This document shows positions 1 to 5,981 of a stretch of 29,963 nt of DNA, piece after piece. Origin of the DNA: an uncultured Planctomycetia bacterium (GTDB lineage Bacteria; Omnitrophota; Gorgyraeia; Gorgyraeales; Gorgyraeaceae); NCBI GenBank assembly GCA_964489855.1, contig CAZBAQ010000001.1, positions 1-29,963 on the forward strand, read 5' to 3'. Below the pieces are notes generated by a model, which was not told the DNA's origin, did no database searches, and saw only the letters and a list, made by a program, of their open reading frames with translations. How positions within the stretch are numbered: position 1 is the first letter of the stretch; each line of letters opens with the position of its first letter. The position numbers and the translations under genes are program-made.

Positions 1-70
1 GAATATCAATAAGGCCACCCTATCGTCTCCCCTGCTCACCAAAGGCTAATTTCTATTAGTAAATAGAGAA

Positions 71-1060
71 ATGAAAAAAATAGAGCACGAGGACGCGCTT
101 TCGAACATGTTTAAAACAGAATCTTTTTTAACCGTCCCTATTGTAGTAAAGGATACGCCTGCAGGGTTTATACTTATGGGCAACGTGTCCAGCTATACTA
201 AAATCACAGAAGGCGATGCAGAGCTTCTTTCGGTACTGGCCAGCCAGATAGGAACAGCCATTGAAAATTCTCAGCTCTACACGGAGCTTTTCAACTCTCA
301 CCAGGACCTGGAGAGGCGTGTAACGGAAAGGACCGCGGAACTGGCAAGGCTCAACCAAGAACTGCAGCACATGAACAAGGTAAAATCAGACTTTGTGTCT
401 GCTGTCTCGCATGAATTAAGGACACCTCTGACATCCATTAAGGGTTACGCCTCTATCCTCATGACAGGTAAATTAGGGGAGGTCCTGCCCGCTCAGAAAG
501 AACGCCTTGAAAAAATAGATAAACATTCCAACAGTCTCACCCGTCTTGTAAACAATCTCCTGGATATAGCAAGAATAGAATCCGGCAGGGTACAGATGGA
601 CATAAGAGAGATATCAATAAAAGAAACCTTGGGCTCCATCGCAGACCTTATCTCGCCTCAAATTAAAGAAAAAAATATATCTTTAAAAATAAGCATCAAG
701 ACAAAATCCGACAAGATAAGGGCTGACTCGAGTCAGTTGGAAAGGGTTTTTGTCAATATCGTAGGGAATGCCGTAAAATTTACTCCTGAAAAAGGAAAAA
801 TATTTATATCCTGTCAGGATAAAAAAGATTCTGTAGAATTCAGCGTTGAAGACACCGGTATAGGGATACCAAAAGGCGACGTGGACAAGGTGTTTCAAGA
901 GTTTTTCCGCTCAGATAACGCGTTGGATCAAAAAGTAAAAGGCACAGGACTGGGGCTTTCTCTTGTAAAAAAAATAATAGAGGCGCATAAAGGAAAGATA
1001 TGGGTCGAAAGTGAGCTGGGAAAAGGAGCTAAATTCACTTTCACAATACCCAAATCATAA
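71..1060 (+). CDS. Sensor histidine kinase (partial GAF + HisKA + HATPase_c); the true gene may start upstream of the window
   Basis: H-box VSHELRTPLTSI, N-box NIVGNAVKF, G1 DTGIGIP, G2 GTGLGL. The N-terminus looks like the second half of a GAF domain (FLTVPIVVKDTPAGFILMG). The same frame is open from 2-46 and is interrupted by TAA at 47-49. Confidence 0.9.
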   Translation: MKKIEHEDALSNMFKTESFLTVPIVVKDTPAGFILMGNVSSYTKITEGDAELLSVLASQIGTAIENSQLYTELFNSHQDLERRVTERTAELARLNQELQHMNKVKSDFVSAVSHELRTPLTSIKGYASILMTGKLGEVLPAQKERLEKIDKHSNSLTRLVNNLLDIARIESGRVQMDIREISIKETLGSIADLISPQIKEKNISLKISIKTKSDKIRADSSQLERVFVNIVGNAVKFTPEKGKIFISCQDKKDSVEFSVEDTGIGIPKGDVDKVFQEFFRSDNALDQKVKGTGLGLSLVKKIIEAHKGKIWVESELGKGAKFTFTIPKS

Positions 1061-1077
1061 TACAAGGAGCTGCGGAG

Positions 1078-2010
1078 ATGATGAAGGAAAAGATACTGAT
1101 AGTGGACGATGATTCAGACATTCTAGATGTCTTGAGAATAACTCTCGAGGCCGAAGGCTACGAGGTCATAGAAGGCCATGATGGGAAAGAGGCCCTGGAT
1201 ATTATAAAGAAAACCTCTCCTGATTTACTGATAACGGATTTTAAAATGCCGAAGATGTGCGGTGATGAGGTCTGCAGGATATTAAAAGAAGATATCCTGG
1301 TACAGCATATGCCGATAATCATGCTTACAGGTAAAGGCGAGGTCACTGATAAGGTCCACGGCATAAACGCGGGCGCGGACGACTACATGGTAAAACCGTT
1401 TGAGCCGCAGGAACTGGTGGCGCGCGTTAAAATGGTGCTGCGCAGGTCTGCCAGGGACCTGGATGCCAATCCGTTGACGCGGCTCCCGGGCAATGTCTCT
1501 ATCCTGAACGAGATACAGGGCCGCATAGACAGAAAAGAAATATTTTCAGTCTGCTACATCGACCTTGATAAATTCAAAGCCTTTAATGACAAATATGGTT
1601 TTAAACAGGGTGACGAGGTCATAAAAAATACCGCCAGGATCCTGATAAGCACTGTTCATGAAAAAGGGACTACCCAGGATTTCATAGGGCATATAGGCGG
1701 GGATGATTTTGTGATTGTGACAATACCTGATGAGGTTGACGGTTTATGCAAAAGCGTTATATCCAAATTTGATCTGATGGGGCCTGAGCTATACAATGAA
1801 GAAGACAAGAAAAAAGGCTACATAGTAGGAAAAGACAGGCAGGGCAAGATTAAAAAAATCCAATTTATTTCTATTTCAATAGCTGTAGTAAGCAACAAAA
1901 AGAAAAAGATAAAACACGTGGCTGAAATCGGCGAGATAGGCGCGGAACTAAAAGAATACGCCAAGAGTCTCAAGGGCTCTAATTACGTAACAGAACGAAG
2001 GAAGAAATAA
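1078..2010 (+). CDS. Response regulator with REC domain and GGDEF-like (GGDDF) diguanylate cyclase domain
   Basis: REC motifs ILIVDDD, LITD, IMLT, KPF; cyclase motifs NPLTRLPGN, YIDLDKFKAFNDKYG, GHIGGDDF. Confidence 0.9.
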   Translation: MMKEKILIVDDDSDILDVLRITLEAEGYEVIEGHDGKEALDIIKKTSPDLLITDFKMPKMCGDEVCRILKEDILVQHMPIIMLTGKGEVTDKVHGINAGADDYMVKPFEPQELVARVKMVLRRSARDLDANPLTRLPGNVSILNEIQGRIDRKEIFSVCYIDLDKFKAFNDKYGFKQGDEVIKNTARILISTVHEKGTTQDFIGHIGGDDFVIVTIPDEVDGLCKSVISKFDLMGPELYNEEDKKKGYIVGKDRQGKIKKIQFISISIAVVSNKKKKIKHVAEIGEIGAELKEYAKSLKGSNYVTERRKK

Positions 2011-2070
2011 ACCCTACCTAATCTACATCAGACTTTGCACATTCCACAAACGTGTCGGCTTAACTGAATA

Positions 2071-2153
2071 TGGTGCGCGGGGAGGGACTCGAACCCTCAA
2101 GCCAAAGGCATACGCCCCTCAAACGTACGTGTCTGCCATTCCACCACCCGCGC
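2071..2153 (-). tRNA. tRNA-Leu (anticodon GAG), CCA encoded
   Basis: Minus strand GCGCGGG...CCCGCGC-A-CCA acceptor stem, anticodon arm TACGT-TTGAGGG-GCGTA, class II variable arm, T-arm GAGGG-TTCGAGT-CCCTC. Confidence 0.97.
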
Positions 2154-2165
2154 ATGAAATCTATC

Positions 2166-2249
2166 TGGCTGCGCTAAGCTGTATAACCTATAATTCTATC
2201 TCTTAACACAAGCAAGCCTATTATATAGAACATAGCGCCAAATATCAAG
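2166..2249 (-). repeat. Cassette distal end ('L2' arm), copy 1; degenerate direct repeat of 3491-3573
   Basis: Shared blocks with near-identical spacing (plus strand): TG(G/A)CTGCGCTAAGCTGT, +15 nt ATCTCTTA, +13/14 nt ATTATA, +15 nt AATATCAAG. Confidence 0.85.
2220..2248 (-). promoter_or_regulatory. Sigma70-type promoter facing tRNA-Leu
   Basis: Minus strand TTGATA (2248-2243), 17 nt, TATAAT (2225-2220); same hexamers and spacing at 3544-3572. Confidence 0.8.
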
Positions 2250-2271
2250 TATAACAGGATGTCCTTTTCGA

Positions 2272-3324
2272 TCAATCGACCATCTTGTAATAAGCACCTC
2301 TGCCTTTACCTACAAGTTTGATTAACTTAGAATCAACAAGCTTTGAGATTTCTTTAAGTATAGCCTGACGCGAAATCTTAAACATCACGCGCAAGTCTTT
2401 ATTGGCGATTTTTCCTTTTTCTTTTATTTTCTCCAGGATTTGTATCTGTTTTTTGGTTAACTCTATTTGTCCGGCTATGTCAGCATCTCTAGTAATCCCA
2501 AGTTTAATAATAACCTCTTTGACTTTATCTATCGAATAAAGAACCCCGTCACTAAAATACTCAAGCCATTTTGTAATGTCTCCTTTTGAATCTTGAACTG
2601 TCTTTAAAGCGGAATAATAGTTCTGCCGGTCGCTATCATAATAGTCATCAAGGGCAAAAAATCGCCTATGATCAAAACCGCTTTTATAAAGCGCGAGGCT
2701 CGCTAAAAACCTGGCAACTCTGCCATTACCGTCTATAAAAGGATGAATCCGCGCAATTTCGTAATGAATGATCCCGGCTGAAATTACAGGATTTATATCT
2801 TTAATTTTACCCGAGTTGAGCCATGCCAGGAATCCCTCAATAAGCCTTGGTACTTCTTGAGTTTTCGGCAGCATATATTCGACAACCTCCTTAAATTGTG
2901 TTCCGTCAAATATCCTTTTGCCGACAAATACCTGTCTATCCCTTAAAGCGCCGCAATCCTTCTCGTCTTTGAGGGTGCCTTTTGTAATTGTTTTATGGAT
3001 AGATAAAATAAGTTTGATATCCGGCTTTCTTGTAGCATATTTTGGAATGGCATCAAGCGCTTCCAGATAGTTTAAAACTTCCTGTTTATCTTTGACTGAG
3101 GCAACAACCTCTTTATGCTCACTAAGAGCTTTAACCTGTTCCAAAGTAAGTTTATTACCTTCGATGCTTGTTGAAGAATGCGCATTGTGGATGCGGGCTT
3201 CTTTTTTAAAACCCATCTCCCACTTTGGGATAAGACTGGCATGCTTTATAATCTCTCTCTCGGTCATTATCCGGGAGATATTATTAAGAATTTTATCTGT
3301 AATAGTGTATATTGGTTTCAGCAT
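2272..3324 (-). CDS. Fic-domain protein with N-terminal inhibitory motif and C-terminal winged HTH
   Basis: Fic signature HPFIDGNGRVAR; inhibitory (S/T)xxxE(G/N) motif in SSTSIEGN; C-terminal wHTH-like segment (ANKDLRVMFKISRQAILKEISKLVDSKLIKLVGKGRGAYY). Confidence 0.92.
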   Translation of the reverse strand: MLKPIYTITDKILNNISRIMTEREIIKHASLIPKWEMGFKKEARIHNAHSSTSIEGNKLTLEQVKALSEHKEVVASVKDKQEVLNYLEALDAIPKYATRKPDIKLILSIHKTITKGTLKDEKDCGALRDRQVFVGKRIFDGTQFKEVVEYMLPKTQEVPRLIEGFLAWLNSGKIKDINPVISAGIIHYEIARIHPFIDGNGRVARFLASLALYKSGFDHRRFFALDDYYDSDRQNYYSALKTVQDSKGDITKWLEYFSDGVLYSIDKVKEVIIKLGITRDADIAGQIELTKKQIQILEKIKEKGKIANKDLRVMFKISRQAILKEISKLVDSKLIKLVGKGRGAYYKMVD

Positions 3325-3330
3325 GGTTCT

Positions 3331-3372
3331 ATTATAACAAATGACAACATAAATGACAACTAAAATGACAAC
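3331..3372 (-). promoter_or_regulatory. fic promoter (probably leaderless) overlapped by three 10-bp direct repeats
   Basis: Minus strand TTGTCA (3359-3354), 17 nt, TATAAT (3336-3331), 6 nt, ATG with no Shine-Dalgarno; AAATGACAAC at 3339, 3351 and 3363 (12-bp period). Confidence 0.75.
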
Positions 3373-3382
3373 CGGAAAGAAA

Positions 3383-3492
3383 AAAATAACACCCTAACCC
3401 TTTGACACATAAAGAGATAAAAAATACCCTGACTAGCATTGCCAATCAGGGTTAATCTTATCTCTCCATCTGGAATTTGAGAGATTACTGTG
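3383..3492 (-). repeat. Cassette proximal end ('R1' arm), copy 1; 110-bp direct repeat of 5418-5527
   Basis: Hand alignment gives about 8 substitutions and a compensating 1-nt indel pair over 110 bp; the junction-proximal 35 bp are identical (3458-3492 = 5493-5527). Confidence 0.95.
3417..3452 (-). terminator. Intrinsic terminator in R1 copy 1
   Basis: Minus strand ACCCTGATTGGC-AAT-GCTAGTCAGGGT followed by ATTTTTTAT; the two stem changes relative to copy 2 both give G-U pairs on this strand. Confidence 0.85.
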
Positions 3493-3573
3493 ACTGCGCT
3501 AAGCTGTCACAGTGTTAAGAGCATCTCTTACTTTACAGTCCTTATTATAGTAAGAAATTTCGAGAATATCAAG
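3491..3573 (-). repeat. Cassette distal end ('L2' arm), copy 2, including promoter TTGATA-17-TATAAT (3572-3544)
   Basis: Same conserved blocks and spacing as 2166-2249. Confidence 0.85.
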
Positions 3574-3709
3574 AGAATAGAACGATTTAGAGATAAAGTT
3601 ATCGTGGTTTTCGCGATATCCGTCATATTATCCGATTAAATACGATCGATTAAATAGTGGGCATTTTAGAGATAGAGAGATAGATTGCGCTGTAGTAATA
3701 TATAGGTCT

Positions 3710-3746
3710 GAGATTGTTTCGGTCGACTTCGTCGGCCTCCAATGAC
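3710..3746. repeat. REP-like palindromic element
   Basis: GAGATTG...GGTCGAC-TTC-GTCGGCC...CAATGAC; central hairpin at 3721-3737; resembles from memory a widespread GAGATTGC...CAATGAC intergenic repeat. Confidence 0.45.
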
Positions 3747-3922
3747 AAGTTTTAAAAGATCGTTCTAAACCTTTGACTTTACAAGACATAGGTAAGACCC
3801 ACTTACATTTCTGTAATTGGGCCTTACCTTTTATCTCGAACTTACCCACTCCGTAATCTCTATTCTCACAGCGGGTTAGAACACATCGAAAATGTGTGAA
3901 GGAATCTAAAACAAAGGGCTGG

Positions 3923-4972
3923 TTATTTATTCAAATATAATGTCTGAGTGGGATAAGCAAACTCGATGTCCCTGGCTCCGAATTCCTTCTTGATGGCAAA
4001 ATTGATCTCCTGTTGAATATCCATATATTTATTATAATCCCTGCTCATAACATAATAGACAACTTCAAATACCAGGCTAAAATCTCCATAGGAAAAAAAG
4101 TGCGCGCGGTCAAAGGTTGTATCCTTAACACCCTTGATAATCTTTTCAATTATCCCGGGCATGACTTTTAACTGCTCAAGAGAAGTCTGATACGTAACGC
4201 CAAGTTTAAAAACAACTCTTCTTTTTCCCATCCTTTTATAGTTGCGCACCCGGGAGCTGGTAAGGTCGGTATTAGAAAGGATCACTTGCTCTCCGCCAAG
4301 GCTGCGGATTCGAGTAGTCTTAATTCCAATATGTTCAATCGTACCCAAATATTCATCTAATATAATAAAATCTCCAACTTCAAATGGACGGTCAAATAAT
4401 ATACAAAAATAACTAAATAAGTCTCCTAATATTGCCTGAGCTGCTAAAGCTATGGCTATGCCTCCAATGCCTAAGCCGGCAATAATAGCTGATATTTTGA
4501 ATCCCAGGTTGTCTAAAAACACAACAATCGCCAAGGCCCATACAGCAACCCTGAGCACTGCTAAAATTCCCGTTAGACTGCGATCCGATGTTACGTCTTT
4601 ACCTCTCTTTGTAAAATAAAGATTAAATCCGTAACCCATAAGAGATAAGGCTAAGCGCGCTGCAAATACCATAAGAATTGCCATCCCTATAATATCAATG
4701 ATCTTATTTAAGAGAGAATGTAAACTCAAAGTATTTACACTCAAATAGAAGGCGCCAAAATAGGCTAAAGGCAAAATCAGTCTTTGAATAATCCTGAGAA
4801 GAAAATCATCAATGGTGGTAGCAGTCTTTTCTGCCCATTTTTTTAAGCTCCTGAGAATAAAATGCTGAAAAATCTTAATCATGCCAAAAGCCGTTAAAAA
4901 TAGGCCAACAAATATCAGATAATCAGCAATGCGGTTTCCTAAATAGACCCTTTCGATAATACCCTGAAACAT
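3923..4972 (-). CDS. mscS: Small-conductance mechanosensitive channel (MscS family)
   Basis: N-terminal TM helices, GLGIGGIAIALAAQ pore helix, DRPFEVGDFI, GTIEHIGIKTTRIRS, V..N..K motifs; SD AGGAGG upstream. Confidence 0.93.
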   Translation of the reverse strand: MFQGIIERVYLGNRIADYLIFVGLFLTAFGMIKIFQHFILRSLKKWAEKTATTIDDFLLRIIQRLILPLAYFGAFYLSVNTLSLHSLLNKIIDIIGMAILMVFAARLALSLMGYGFNLYFTKRGKDVTSDRSLTGILAVLRVAVWALAIVVFLDNLGFKISAIIAGLGIGGIAIALAAQAILGDLFSYFCILFDRPFEVGDFIILDEYLGTIEHIGIKTTRIRSLGGEQVILSNTDLTSSRVRNYKRMGKRRVVFKLGVTYQTSLEQLKVMPGIIEKIIKGVKDTTFDRAHFFSYGDFSLVFEVVYYVMSRDYNKYMDIQQEINFAIKKEFGARDIEFAYPTQTLYLNK

Positions 4973-5053
4973 CTTTTATCCTCCTATTTCTGCCTCTTTT
5001 GAAAAGACTGGCGGAGAAGTAAGAAATTCTACCGAGTGTGCCCTCTTATAAAC

Positions 5054-5082
5054 ATGCTACGACACAACTCTTTTATTGTCAA
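5054..5082 (-). promoter_or_regulatory. Sigma70-type promoter of mscS
   Basis: Minus strand TTGACA (5082-5077), 17 nt, TAGCAT (5059-5054). Confidence 0.6.
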
Positions 5083-5417
5083 GAATTACAGATTATAACT
5101 TTTCAATATAAGAATAAGAAATTTATATCCTTCCCTTCATGGCTCTATCCCATATTCTTGCGGCAATAGATATGATCTCTTTTTCCCGCTCCTTTAGAGA
5201 AAGTTTAGAGCTCGGTTTAAACCTACCAAATTCCCAGTTAATGCCTAAAATATCACTCAAATTATTCGAAATACAGACGATAATGCCATTAACTAGCAAG
5301 CATTAACTACGAGGCGATTCCGAGATAAAGAGATAGGCTAGCGAGATTTATCCGACTATTTTAGACGAACCTAGGGGAAAATAACATTACAAGATCCAAA
5401 ACAAATAATTGCTGCAG

Positions 5418-5527
5418 AAAATAATGCCCTAACCCTTTGACACCCAAAGACATAAAAAATACCCTGATTAGCATCGCTAATCAGGGCTTAATTTATCTCT
5501 CCATCTGGAATTTGAGAGATTACTGTG
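5418..5527 (-). repeat. Cassette proximal end ('R1' arm), copy 2, abutting the tRNA-Gln CCA
   Basis: Direct repeat of 3383-3492. Confidence 0.95.
5452..5487 (-). terminator. Intrinsic terminator downstream of tRNA-Gln (R1 copy 2)
   Basis: Minus strand CCCTGATTAGC-GAT-GCTAATCAGGG perfect 11-bp stem followed by TATTTTTTAT. Confidence 0.88.
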
Positions 5528-5599
5528 GCTGGAGGAGATGGATTCGAACCATCACGACGAGTTCCAGAGACTCGCATCCTACCATTAGATGATCCTCCA
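5526..5599 (-). tRNA. tRNA-Gln (anticodon CTG), CCA encoded
   Basis: TGGAGGA/TCCTCCA-G-CCA acceptor stem, anticodon arm CGAGT-CTCTGGA-ACTCG, T-arm GATGG-TTCGAAT-CCATC. Confidence 0.97.
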
Positions 5600-5618
5600 A
5601 TCCCTTAAGATTGTCAAC

Positions 5619-5981
5619 TTAATCAGATGCTGATTTGTGCTGTTTTATTTCATTGTCAATGTATATCTTGAGCCGTTTCTGGTCTCCTGGATTAACCTCT
5701 ATAAAGTTTACTCCTATCTCAAATGTCTTTGTGCGCATATCAGCCAGATCCCTGATCCAGACCACCTCTCCTTTTACAAATATAGGCAAGGAATCAAAGG
5801 GTGTCTGAAGCTGGATATTAAGCCTTGTGCCTTTTGAAAGACGCTCATACACTACAAATGAAAGACCGCTCTCGCTTACATTATTACCAACAATCTGATC
5901 ATTGGTAAACGGTTCTTCAAGTGTCTTATAATTTACGACAACCGGCCATTCAATCCTTACGAATTTTCTCTTTTCTTGCAT
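5619..5981 (-). CDS. PilZ domain protein
   Basis: RxxxR (EKRKFVR) and (D/N)xSxxG (NVSESG) motifs, GEVVW, IGVNF. Confidence 0.85.
   Translation of the reverse strand: MQEKRKFVRIEWPVVVNYKTLEEPFTNDQIVGNNVSESGLSFVVYERLSKGTRLNIQLQTPFDSLPIFVKGEVVWIRDLADMRTKTFEIGVNFIEVNPGDQKRLKIYIDNEIKQHKSASD

Larger units (their letters stand above)
2166..3496 (-). mobile_element. Putative integrative cassette A (Fic cargo, no integrase)
   Basis: Bounded by 6-bp cores at 2166-2171 (TGGCTG) and 3491-3496 (TGACTG); consists only of the R1 arm, the fic promoter and gene, and the L2 arm. Confidence 0.7.
3491..5531 (-). mobile_element. Putative integrative cassette B (MscS cargo, no integrase)
   Basis: Bounded by cores 3491-3496 and 5526-5531 (the latter is the last 6 nt of tRNA-Gln); begins with the R1 arm and ends with the L2 arm. 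Confidence 0.7.

Noticed and set aside
47-49. Stop-codon reassignment as the explanation for the kinase TAA
   Set aside because: TAA ends several other genes here normally (e.g. 1060, 2010, 22957), so the standard code applies.
2011-2070. Terminator between the response regulator and tRNA-Leu
   Set aside because: There is no strong stem with a T-tract on either strand.
2173-3504. GCTAAGC shared between the L2 arm and the 23-bp palindrome loop
   Set aside because: It is only 7 bp with unrelated flanks, which cannot be told from chance without genome-wide counts.
3628-3849. 73-aa minus-strand ORF as an integrase or excisionase remnant
   Set aside because: It has no tyrosine or serine recombinase motifs and no SD, and it runs through two palindromes, so it is probably spurious.
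4985-5050. Riboswitch in the mscS leader
   Set aside because: Only one modest hairpin (GCC-TCTTTT-G-AAAAGA-CT-GGC) is present, and I recognised no c-di-AMP, fluoride or other consensus.
2166-5531. CRISPR array or classical integron
   Set aside because: The repeats are 84-110 bp and separated by whole genes, and I found no cas or intI gene and no attC (RYYYAAC...GTTRRRY) pattern.
2166-5531. Prophage or IS element
   Set aside because: There are no phage or transposase genes and no terminal inverted repeats.
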